The position numbers and the translations under genes are program-made. This document shows, piece after piece, positions 1 to 7,978 of a stretch of DNA of 64,000 nucleotides (position 1 is the stretch's first letter; every line of letters begins with the position of its first letter). The notes under the pieces are model-generated. The model made no database searches. It was not told the DNA's origin and saw only the letters and a list, made by a program, of their open reading frames with translations. Location: positions 719 to 64,718 of the forward strand of contig PLML01000193.1 in NCBI GenBank assembly GCA_003141525.1. Reading direction: 5' to 3'. The stretch is from Bacteroidales bacterium. GTDB lineage: Bacteria > Bacteroidota > Bacteroidia > Bacteroidales > VadinHA17.

Positions 1-408
1 CGAGTTGCCGATTTCCCTTCCAAAATCATTGTATGGGCATTTGTTTTAATCGGTGCCACCTTAATTAATATCATTTACCCAGCTTATCTGCTTACCGTAA
101 GCAAAACGTGGAACATTATTACTAAAAACGGAAGAGAAATCATTCTCAGTATCAGTTATGGATTGCTTTTCTTTATCCCGAGTATCTTGTTAGGAAAAGG
201 GATGCTTCTGTTAGGTATTTTGGGTGCTTCAGTTGGATGGGGTATCGCTCAGGGATCAATTATTTTAGGCGGACAATTGCTAGGTTTTGCCAGTGGTGAA
301 TGGCGAGGCGTAGCAGGGAAACCTAGACATTATATCTATACTGCTATAGCGGTTCTGATATTATCTATGTTGATCCTAACGTTAGGTAATATATTTGCTC
401 AACATTAA
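1..408 (+). CDS. RhaT-like sugar (L-rhamnose)/H+ symporter, C-terminal portion; the 5' end lies outside the window
   Basis: Frame 1 is open from base 1 to the TAA at 406-408. The ORF track reports it only from an internal Met at 163. The product is almost entirely hydrophobic TM helices. The C-terminal 'LGFASGEWRGVAGKPRHY' resembles the EW(K/R)G motif I associate with RhaT/DMT-type sugar symporters. This is family recall, not a search. Confidence 0.5.
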   Translation, partial: RVADFPSKIIVWAFVLIGATLINIIYPAYLLTVSKTWNIITKNGREIILSISYGLLFFIPSILLGKGMLLLGILGASVGWGIAQGSIILGGQLLGFASGEWRGVAGKPRHYIYTAIAVLILSMLILTLGNIFAQH

Positions 409-425
409 ACCCAATTATTTATAAT

Positions 426-1607
426 ATGTCAATAGATCCTGATCGTATTAGTCGAAACAAGAATGCTCTGCGTGAAAATAGTTTGGATGCTTTTATCTGT
501 CGCTTACCTGAAAATGTGGTTTTTCTCTCTGGCTGGTGGCCCTTGACAGGTACATCCTGGATAATATTTACTGCTGACGGATATTCACATCTAATAGTTC
601 CGGCATGTGAGGCACAAGAGGCAACTGCTGAGGGTATTACTGAACTTACGACCTACGAATGGGCTCATCTGGCTGCAAAAGATCCGGTTGGCGAAACAAA
701 AATAGCTTTGAAAGTCGCAGCTGAAAAATTCGGTATTGAAAAAGGTCAGATCGGCATTGAGGAGATCTTCGAAGGTGTTGCCCCACCACTTAATATTGGA
801 GAGCCTTCAATCCCTGGAAAGTGGTCAAAGCAATTAATTCAGCAGATTTTGCCGCAAGCAAAAATATCCGATGCTACAGAGGTTATTAACGGTTTAAGGG
901 TACTCAAGACTCCAACAGAAATTGAAAAGCTTCGTATAGCAAATGAAATCGCTAGTGTTGGCCTAGATACTTTCAAGAAGAATGCTATGCAAGGCATTTC
1001 GGAAATAGAACTTTTAGCATTGATAAATAGTGCAATTGCTGTAAAAGGAAGCGGCTATAAGGGAATAAAATCAGCACGTGGATTTGCACAGATTTCATCA
1101 GGAAAAGGCACAGCAATGGCTTGGCGGCCTTGCGTAATAACTACTAATCGAAAACTGCAAAATGGTGATATCACTATACTTGAGCTGGCAGTTGTAGCTG
1201 ATGGTTTTTGGGCTGATAACACTAGAAGTGTAGTGGTTGGTGGGCCTGACAAATGGCAGAAAAAGATTTATGAAGTTATCCTTAAAGCCCAATCTGCTGC
1301 AAAAGACGCCATTAAGCCAGGTGTAAAAATGTCAATCGTTGATAAAGCTGCCCGAGACATTATTAATAAAAACGGTTATGGAAAATATTTCATCCACATT
1401 ACTGGTCATGGGGTAGGCTGGAGATATCATGAGTTCCCACCCTTACTTAATCCAGGAAACGTTACTCCTATGCAAGAAGGGATGGTTACTTCGGTCGAGC
1501 CAGGTATTTATATCCCTGATTTTGGTGGATTTAGGGTTGAAGATAATGTCGCGGTTAGTAAGTCCGGATTTGATGAATTAAGTACTTTTAATAGAGATTT
1601 AGCCTAG
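426..1607 (+). CDS. M24-family metallohydrolase (Xaa-Pro aminopeptidase/creatinase pita-bread fold)
   Basis: 393 aa with no signal peptide. The blocks 'GDITILELAVVADGFWADNTRS', 'HITGHGVGWRYHEFP', 'VTSVEPGIYIP' and 'GFRVEDNV' align with the D/D/H/E/E metal-ligand blocks of PepP/PepQ-type enzymes. The first Asp position reads Glu. The gene starts 17 nt after the transporter stop. Confidence 0.8.
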   Translation: MSIDPDRISRNKNALRENSLDAFICRLPENVVFLSGWWPLTGTSWIIFTADGYSHLIVPACEAQEATAEGITELTTYEWAHLAAKDPVGETKIALKVAAEKFGIEKGQIGIEEIFEGVAPPLNIGEPSIPGKWSKQLIQQILPQAKISDATEVINGLRVLKTPTEIEKLRIANEIASVGLDTFKKNAMQGISEIELLALINSAIAVKGSGYKGIKSARGFAQISSGKGTAMAWRPCVITTNRKLQNGDITILELAVVADGFWADNTRSVVVGGPDKWQKKIYEVILKAQSAAKDAIKPGVKMSIVDKAARDIINKNGYGKYFIHITGHGVGWRYHEFPPLLNPGNVTPMQEGMVTSVEPGIYIPDFGGFRVEDNVAVSKSGFDELSTFNRDLA

Positions 1608-1610
1608 CAA

Positions 1611-2441
1611 ATGAGTGACACAATACTTGAGAAAATGTTTTCTTTGCAAGGAAAGACAGTTGTCTTAACAGGCGCTGGTGGTATCCTTGTTGGTGAAATG
1701 GCTATGGCAGCTGCCCTATGTGGAGCAAATACAGTCCTTCTAGACATCTCGAAAAATTCAGGCAGAAAAGTAGTAAAAGCAATAAAAGATAAAAATGCTG
1801 AAACAATTTTCCTTCAGTGTGATGTTCTTAACCCAAAAAACTTACAGGACTGTTGCCAAAAGATCCTTGATAAATATGGAAGAATTGACTGTCTGGTAAA
1901 TGGTGCAGGAGGCAACAGGATAGAAGCAACTACATCTGAAACTCTTTCATTTTTCGATATTTCAATTAAAGACCTTAAACAGGTACTTGACCTGAATTTT
2001 ATCGGAACCATGCTTCCGTGTCAGGTATTTGGTAAAGAAATCGCAAAACAAAAACAAGGATCTATAGTCAATATATCATCAATTTCTGGTTTCAGACCGT
2101 TGACCTGTGCATCAGCTTATGCAGCTGGAAAGGCAGCAATCATAAATTTCACAAAGTGGCTCGCTGTATATATTTGTCACAATTACTCCCCACAGATAAG
2201 GGTTAACACCATCGCACCTGGCTTTTTTGTTACGGAACAAAACAGGTTTCTACTATATGATAATCTTGGTCAGTTAACACAGAGAGGTCAAACAATACTT
2301 GACAAAGTACCCCAGAAACGCTTTGGCATGGCTTCTGAATTAACTGGTGCCCTGGTTTGGCTTTTAAGTGAATCCTCATCTTTTTGCACAGGGGCAGTAA
2401 TTACGGTAGATGGAGGGTTTAATGCATTCAGTGGTGTCTAA
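1611..2441 (+). CDS. SDR-family NAD(P)-dependent oxidoreductase (UxuB-like sugar or sugar-acid dehydrogenase type)
   Basis: 276 aa. It has the 'LTGAGGILVGEMA' dinucleotide-binding loop, 'NGAGGN', 'NISSISG' and 'YAAGKAA' (YxxxK). The gene starts 3 nt after the M24 stop. Confidence 0.85.
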   Translation: MSDTILEKMFSLQGKTVVLTGAGGILVGEMAMAAALCGANTVLLDISKNSGRKVVKAIKDKNAETIFLQCDVLNPKNLQDCCQKILDKYGRIDCLVNGAGGNRIEATTSETLSFFDISIKDLKQVLDLNFIGTMLPCQVFGKEIAKQKQGSIVNISSISGFRPLTCASAYAAGKAAIINFTKWLAVYICHNYSPQIRVNTIAPGFFVTEQNRFLLYDNLGQLTQRGQTILDKVPQKRFGMASELTGALVWLLSESSSFCTGAVITVDGGFNAFSGV

Positions 2442-2443
2442 TT

Positions 2444-3061
2444 TTAAAATTTGTATAGTTGTCCAAGCGCAATCATTTTTGAATTGTCAATGTGCTTTCT
2501 CATTAACTCCTTTGCAAGCACTGTATTACGCATGCTAATTGCATCTATTATTTCAATATGTTCTTTGGTTGCTGATTCTTTTGTGTCTTTTTGCATGAAG
2601 CCTAAGCTTCGGAACTTCTGAATTAATCGAAAAAGTTGATTCAACATCTGAATCAATCTTTTTTTCCCAGTTGAATTTATTAAATAGTCATGCAATTTTG
2701 CATCCAAGTCCGCGTGAATTTTCACGTCCTCTTTGTTCAAATTAGTAATCATTTCTCTTTTTAATTCTAGAAGCTTTTGCATGCTAAGAATTGGTGCAGA
2801 AATCTCCAAGCACAACAATTCCAGTGATTTCCGGATTTCGTAAATTTCTTCAATTTCATCAGCTGAAAAAGGCAAAACCTTTGCCCCCTTATTGGGTGAT
2901 ATCTGCACAAGTCCATCCTGCTCAAGTTGTTGTAAAACTGCCCTTACAGGTGTTCGGCTTATATTAAACTCTGCCGAGAGAACTTCTTCTTTAAGTCTTA
3001 TATTTGCAGGGTATTCCCCAGCTATTATTTTATTAAATAAAACTGAATAAATATCTATCAT
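2444..3061 (-). CDS. GntR-family transcriptional regulator (FadR/FCD subfamily)
   Basis: 205 aa. The N-terminal winged HTH is 'SAEFNISRTPVRAVLQQLEQDGLVQISPNKGAKV', followed by an all-helical FCD-like C-terminal domain. The gene is convergent with the SDR gene, with the two stop codons 2 nt apart. Confidence 0.85.
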   Translation of the reverse strand: MIDIYSVLFNKIIAGEYPANIRLKEEVLSAEFNISRTPVRAVLQQLEQDGLVQISPNKGAKVLPFSADEIEEIYEIRKSLELLCLEISAPILSMQKLLELKREMITNLNKEDVKIHADLDAKLHDYLINSTGKKRLIQMLNQLFRLIQKFRSLGFMQKDTKESATKEHIEIIDAISMRNTVLAKELMRKHIDNSKMIALGQLYKF

Positions 3062-3096
3062 ACGTACTATTTTTTCGTTAATTAAAATATAAATGA

Positions 3097-3126
3097 CAAA
3101 GTTAAGAACAAATTCTAAAGCTCAAA
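3097..3126 (-). promoter_or_regulatory. Candidate Bacteroidota-type promoter for the GntR gene
   Basis: Minus-strand TAACTTTG (3104..3097) fits the TAnnTTTG -7 consensus about 36 nt upstream of the ATG at 3061. Minus-strand TTTG (3126..3123) sits 18 nt further upstream as a -33 element. Confidence 0.45.
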
Positions 3127-3186
3127 TGTATACAATTATACAATAAATATTGTATTCTTAAATTATATAATGTATAATTGTATACA
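3127..3186. promoter_or_regulatory. Candidate GntR operator: perfect 16-bp inverted repeat
   Basis: TGTATACAATTATACA (3127-3142) and its exact reverse complement TGTATAATTGTATACA (3171-3186) lie 28 bp apart. Each arm contains the palindrome TGTATACA, which fits the GT...AC core typical of GntR/FadR-family operators. The arms abut or overlap the -33 positions of both divergent promoters. Confidence 0.55.
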
Positions 3187-3206
3187 AATAAATTTCATTA
3201 AGTTTG
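3176..3206 (+). promoter_or_regulatory. Candidate promoter for the VOC / E1 / ALDH operon
   Basis: TAAGTTTG at 3199-3206 fits TAnnTTTG. A degenerate ATTG (3177-3180) sits 18 nt upstream at the -33 position, inside the right operator arm. This promoter implies a leader of about 290 nt before the ATG at 3504. Confidence 0.4.
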
Positions 3207-3503
3207 TTTTGACATTGGTTGTTTGCATAGGTTCCTATTGCTTACTTATGACAACTTTGAGTCCTCTCATACAGGGAGTATCAACAATGAAGCTTGCGTT
3301 GCAAAGTCAGAAATAAGGTTATTGATGATAGTCACAATAAAAAACTTATTTTAATCTTATCGTCGCAGTGACACAATAAAATAATAAAATAAAATTATCA
3401 TGCTACTGTCCAAATGACAAAAAAAACATGTATATGAACCAGCAAATAGATAAATCTTAAAACCTTCTCGATGATAATCTGTCTGAACTTAAACAAATAA
3501 ATT

Positions 3504-3932
3504 ATGATAACCAGTTTTGAACATGTTGGACTTAGTGTTTCTAATCTTGAACGCTCTATAGATTTTTATTGTAAACATGTAAATTGTAAAATAATTCGCA
3601 TTATAGAGGCGAATCCTGAGCTTAAGCTTGGGAAAGTAGTAGGATTAAATGGATGCTCTGCCAGGATAGCACATCTTAAAACTGGAGATAATATGCTGGA
3701 GCTTTTTCAGTATGTTGTCCCCAGAGGAAAGAGAATCCCCAAAAACTATAAACAGGCTGATTTGGGTTTAATACATGTTGGATTCACTTCTACAAATGTT
3801 AGAGATGATTGCAGAAGGATGAAAGAAAACGGCGTCCGTTTTATAAGTGAACCTGTAGAATTCCGTCCAAATGTATGGATTTGTTATTTCTATGGACCTG
3901 ATGGTGAGGTTTGCGAAATAAGAGAAAGTTGA
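3504..3932 (+). CDS. VOC-superfamily protein (glyoxalase I / methylmalonyl-CoA-epimerase-like)
   Basis: 142 aa. The N-terminal 'FEHVGLSVSNLERSIDFY' and the second half 'LIHVGFTSTNV...GPDGEVCEI' are the paired beta-alpha-beta-beta-beta modules typical of VOC proteins. Confidence 0.8.
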   Translation: MITSFEHVGLSVSNLERSIDFYCKHVNCKIIRIIEANPELKLGKVVGLNGCSARIAHLKTGDNMLELFQYVVPRGKRIPKNYKQADLGLIHVGFTSTNVRDDCRRMKENGVRFISEPVEFRPNVWICYFYGPDGEVCEIRES

Positions 3933-3964
3933 TAATTGTTACTTTATAATATTATTATGATTTA

Positions 3965-6139
3965 ATGAGAAAAGAGCTGATAAATTATGATTTCAATGTA
4001 GTTCATTGGAAAAGTGAATCTCCTGACTTAATGTTAATTGACTCCAAACTTATAGCAAGAATGCTTTTTGATATTAATGTAATACATGAATTTGAAAAAG
4101 GTCTTTTATCTTTGAAAAACGATGATTGTGTATGGGGCCCAGTACATTCTAGCATAGGTCAAGAGGCCATTGCAGCTGCAAGTGTAGCTGCTCTCAGAAC
4201 TTCGGATAAGTTTTTCGGTACTCACCGCTCACATCATCAGTTTCTTTCAAAAACCCTTCAATATTATGTCTCGCAACAATGGAACCCGGCAGAGCAAGTT
4301 TTACCTTTTGAGGCAGATACTATTATAAGAAGAACTCTTGCTGAAATAATGGGATTATCTGATGGTTTTTGTGGTGGCAGAGGAGGCTCAATGCATCTCA
4401 GATGCAAGGAAGCTGGATTTCTGGGTTCAAATGCAATAGTAGGTGGTGGTATACCTATTGCTACGGGGGCCGCCTTTGCAGAAAAATTTGAAAAAACCGG
4501 GAACATTGTTGTTTGTTTTTTTGGAGATGGGGCAATAAATCAGGGAGCTTTTCATGAAGCATGCAACCTTGCCGGATTATGGAAATTGCCAATTATTTTC
4601 GTTCTGGAAAATAATGAATATGCTGTGGGAACCTCAATTAAGAATTCATGCGCAGTTTCCAATCTCTCAGTCAGAGCCGCTTCTTATGGGATTAATGCCC
4701 ATCTTGTGGAAGCATATGATATAATTGCAATTTATCAGGCAATAAAAGAGGTTTCAGAGAGCATTCGGAATGGAGATAAACCATGCCTTTTGGAAGTAAA
4801 AACTTACAGGAGGTATCACCACGCTGGAGATCAACCCGGCAGCGCATTTAATTACAGAACCATGGAAGAAGAAGAATATTGGCAAAAAATGGAAATCGTA
4901 ACGACTTTCCCAGATCTTCTAATCAAACATAAAATCCTTACAAAAAAAGAGATTGATTATATTAAAATGCAGGCTATTGAAACTATTCAACGGGCAATAA
5001 ATTATTATACAATTGAAGGAAAGCCTAGAAAAGTAAAAACTAATTTTTATCCATTAACCGATTCTGCCTCTGTTGGAGTGAGGAGTGATGGAAGTGAATT
5101 TGAAAAGGTAACATTTAGTGAAAGAGAAGATTATGATAATTTTAATGAAATTAAATATTCAGATGCAATTTCTGCCATAATAGGAAGATGGCTTGAAAGA
5201 GATTGGAAAACTTTTGTACTAGGTGAAGAAATTGCAAACTTTGGAGGAGGGGCATATGGAGCTACAAAAGGCTTGCCAGTTCTCTATCCTGACCGTGTTA
5301 TTAATACTCCTATTTCAGAATCGGGATTCACTGGATTGGGTTTGGGGGCTGCATTGTCAGGAATGAGACCAATTATCGAAATAATGTTCCCTGATTTTTC
5401 ACTTGTTGCCGCTGATCAGATATTTAATCAAATTGGGAAAGCAAGACATATGTACGGAAACACTACAGATATCCCATTGGTCTTAAGAACACGTATAGCA
5501 ATTGGGTGCGGCTACGGAGGTCAACATTCTATGGACCCTGTTGGCCTATATGCCCTTTTTAGTGGCTGGCGAATTATTGCACCCGCAAATGCCTTTGATT
5601 ATATCGGATTATTTAATACAGCAATGCAGTCAAATGATCCCGTTGCTATTTTGGAGCATCATATGCTATATTCTTTAAAATTTCCTGTTCCGGAAGATGA
5701 TATTGATTATTTCATACCTTTTAATAAAGCAAGAATAATTTCAGTAGGTGATGATGTAACTTTAATAACATATGGAGTAATGGCATATCGTTGTGAAAGA
5801 TTAATATCCGATTTTATAGAAAAAGGAATCTCAGTTGAAATAATTGATTTACGTACTATTGATTTACCAGGACTTGATTTTGATACCATAGGCGAATCTT
5901 TGAAAAAGACTGGCGTAGCAATTGTGGTTGAGGAAGCTCCGACAAACCATTCTATTGGAGCAAAAATAGCTGCTGAAATTACAGAAATGTATTTTGATTA
6001 CCTCGATAGTCCTGTAATGCGTTTAACTTCATTGGATGTTCCAAATTCAGTTTCCAGAGTACTGGAAAAAGCTGCTATGATTGATGATGAAACTATTATT
6101 AACAATACTGTTTTAGCAGCAAAACGACAGTGGAAATAA
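3965..6139 (+). CDS. Fused E1 alpha + beta thiamine-diphosphate-dependent 2-oxoacid/acetoin dehydrogenase component
   Basis: 724 aa. The E1-alpha half carries 'GGRGGSMHL' and the TPP motif 'GDGAINQGAFHEACNLAGLWKLPIIFVLENNEYA'. The E1-beta half begins near 'LGEEIANFGGGAYGATKGL' and continues through 'PISESGFTGLGLGAA'. No E2 or E3 gene is present in the window. Confidence 0.85.
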   Translation: MRKELINYDFNVVHWKSESPDLMLIDSKLIARMLFDINVIHEFEKGLLSLKNDDCVWGPVHSSIGQEAIAAASVAALRTSDKFFGTHRSHHQFLSKTLQYYVSQQWNPAEQVLPFEADTIIRRTLAEIMGLSDGFCGGRGGSMHLRCKEAGFLGSNAIVGGGIPIATGAAFAEKFEKTGNIVVCFFGDGAINQGAFHEACNLAGLWKLPIIFVLENNEYAVGTSIKNSCAVSNLSVRAASYGINAHLVEAYDIIAIYQAIKEVSESIRNGDKPCLLEVKTYRRYHHAGDQPGSAFNYRTMEEEEYWQKMEIVTTFPDLLIKHKILTKKEIDYIKMQAIETIQRAINYYTIEGKPRKVKTNFYPLTDSASVGVRSDGSEFEKVTFSEREDYDNFNEIKYSDAISAIIGRWLERDWKTFVLGEEIANFGGGAYGATKGLPVLYPDRVINTPISESGFTGLGLGAALSGMRPIIEIMFPDFSLVAADQIFNQIGKARHMYGNTTDIPLVLRTRIAIGCGYGGQHSMDPVGLYALFSGWRIIAPANAFDYIGLFNTAMQSNDPVAILEHHMLYSLKFPVPEDDIDYFIPFNKARIISVGDDVTLITYGVMAYRCERLISDFIEKGISVEIIDLRTIDLPGLDFDTIGESLKKTGVAIVVEEAPTNHSIGAKIAAEITEMYFDYLDSPVMRLTSLDVPNSVSRVLEKAAMIDDETIINNTVLAAKRQWK

Positions 6140-6206
6140 ATTTTTTAATAAATAAGAATTATATTATATATTCTGGTACAAAATTTTTTGTCTAAAGAAC
6201 AAAAAC

Positions 6207-7667
6207 ATGAGCGAATTAAAAAGATTCAAAAATTATATGGATGGCCAATGGTTTGATGCCAGTACAAATGAAACATTTGAACAAAGAAATCCGGCTAAAT
6301 TATCTGAGGTAACAGGATTATTCCCTTTTTCATCAAAAGATGATACACTCAAAATCATAGAATCAGCACAAAAAGCTTTCTCAGATTGGAAAGCTATTTC
6401 ACCTGCTAAAAGAGCAGACTATCTTCGTAGTGTTCTCGTTTTAATGGTTCAAAGAAAAGATGAAATATCCAAAATCATTACTCTGGAAAATGGGAAAATT
6501 ATATCTGATTCATTATCCGAAGTAAATTCAGCAATAAACGAAATGGGATTTCAAATAAATGAAGGATTACGCTTATTTGGAGAAACAATCCCGGTTAGTA
6601 TTGAAGAAGTATTTGCATATACTGTAAAAGAACCATTAGGTGTTGTGAGTGTTATTAGTCCATGGAATTTCCCTTTTAATGTGCCGGTTCGAAAAATAAC
6701 GCCAGCATTAATGGCTGGAAACACTTGTGTATTTAAGCCTGCAAGTTTAACACCTCAAACCGGTTATATACTAGCAAAATTATTTGATGATGCCGGTATC
6801 CCTGCCGGTGTTTTTAATATGTTAACAGGCTCAGGAAACGAGGTCGGTAATATAATAGTTTCAGACCCAAGAATTAAAGCTGTATCATTTACTGGATCAA
6901 CAGAAGTGGGAATGGAAATCCTTAAAAAAACAGCTATCTACGCAACTCGCACACAACTTGAACTGGGAGGGAAGAATGCTACTGTTATTTTAGAAGATAC
7001 AGATATTGATTCAGCAATAAAAGACGTTATAAGAGCGGCATTTGCATGTTCAGGACAATGGTGTACCTCGACAAGTCGTGTTATCGTGGTTAAAAAAGTG
7101 GCACAAGAATTTACTGAAAAGCTTGTTGAAGCAACAAATTCGATTATCGTGGGAAATGGTTTCGATAAAAAGGCAGGTATGGGTCCTGTTTGTGGTGCAT
7201 CCCAAGTTGAAACTATTATGAAATATATTGAAATCGGCAAAAAAGAAGGAGCCAAATTATTAGCCGGAGGAAATAGAGTCACAAATAATGATTTCCAAGA
7301 TGGCTGTTTTATAGAGCCTACAATATTTGGATATGTGAATCAAAACATGAAAATCGCACAAGAAGAAATCTTTGGACCAGTACTTTCTATAATTACAGTT
7401 GAAAATCTTGAAGAAGCGATAGAAGTTTCAAATGACATAAAATACGGATTATGTTCTTCAATATACACCAATAATATTAATCATGCTATGAGGTTTATTG
7501 AACAAACTGAGGTAGGATTAACACATGTGAATCTGATGACTTCATTTAAAGAACCTCAGCTTCCATTTGGGGGGATTAAGGAATCGGGTGTAGGTTTGCC
7601 AGAAGCAGGGAAAACAGGCATCGAATTCTTTATAAAATACAAAACCGTTTACATGAAATATACATAA
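6207..7667 (+). CDS. NAD(P)+-dependent aldehyde dehydrogenase
   Basis: 486 aa. It has 'SPWNFP', 'FTGSTEVG', the catalytic Glu block 'LELGGKNA', the catalytic Cys block 'FACSGQWCTS' and 'EEIFGPV'. Confidence 0.9.
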   Translation: MSELKRFKNYMDGQWFDASTNETFEQRNPAKLSEVTGLFPFSSKDDTLKIIESAQKAFSDWKAISPAKRADYLRSVLVLMVQRKDEISKIITLENGKIISDSLSEVNSAINEMGFQINEGLRLFGETIPVSIEEVFAYTVKEPLGVVSVISPWNFPFNVPVRKITPALMAGNTCVFKPASLTPQTGYILAKLFDDAGIPAGVFNMLTGSGNEVGNIIVSDPRIKAVSFTGSTEVGMEILKKTAIYATRTQLELGGKNATVILEDTDIDSAIKDVIRAAFACSGQWCTSTSRVIVVKKVAQEFTEKLVEATNSIIVGNGFDKKAGMGPVCGASQVETIMKYIEIGKKEGAKLLAGGNRVTNNDFQDGCFIEPTIFGYVNQNMKIAQEEIFGPVLSIITVENLEEAIEVSNDIKYGLCSSIYTNNINHAMRFIEQTEVGLTHVNLMTSFKEPQLPFGGIKESGVGLPEAGKTGIEFFIKYKTVYMKYT

Positions 7668-7978
7668 TACTATTCGTACTATCCATCCAACATTTATTGG
7701 CTAAACGAGTTCAGAATTATTATTTGATTAATATACATTATAAAATGAAATGATAGACCGAAAGATTTCAATTGATATGAATTGCTCTTTCTTCTTATTG
7801 CAGTATTATCACTCCCAAAAATCAACTCAATTTTCAATCCCACTGGGAGGTCATCAGCTAATAAGTCTGGAATCTTTTGATTGAATTCCTATTAGGAATC
7901 TTTTTGAAAACGCATAATTTAAAAATGTCAGAGAATAAAAATATAACCATTTCTAAATATTCTAACTTAAAAATAAAA

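Noticed and set aside
6938-7282. 114-aa antisense ORF within the aldehyde dehydrogenase gene
   Set aside because: It is a shadow ORF opposite a CDS with complete ALDH catalytic motifs.
7869-7905. GGAATC / GAATTCC / GGAATC repeats forming a 6-bp hairpin (ATTCCT-att-AGGAAT, 7885-7899) followed by CTTTTT; considered as the ALDH terminator
   Set aside because: The stem is only 6 bp, AT-rich and has a 3-nt loop. It lies 218 nt after the ALDH stop. It is too weak to call, although it may contribute to termination in the convergent gap.
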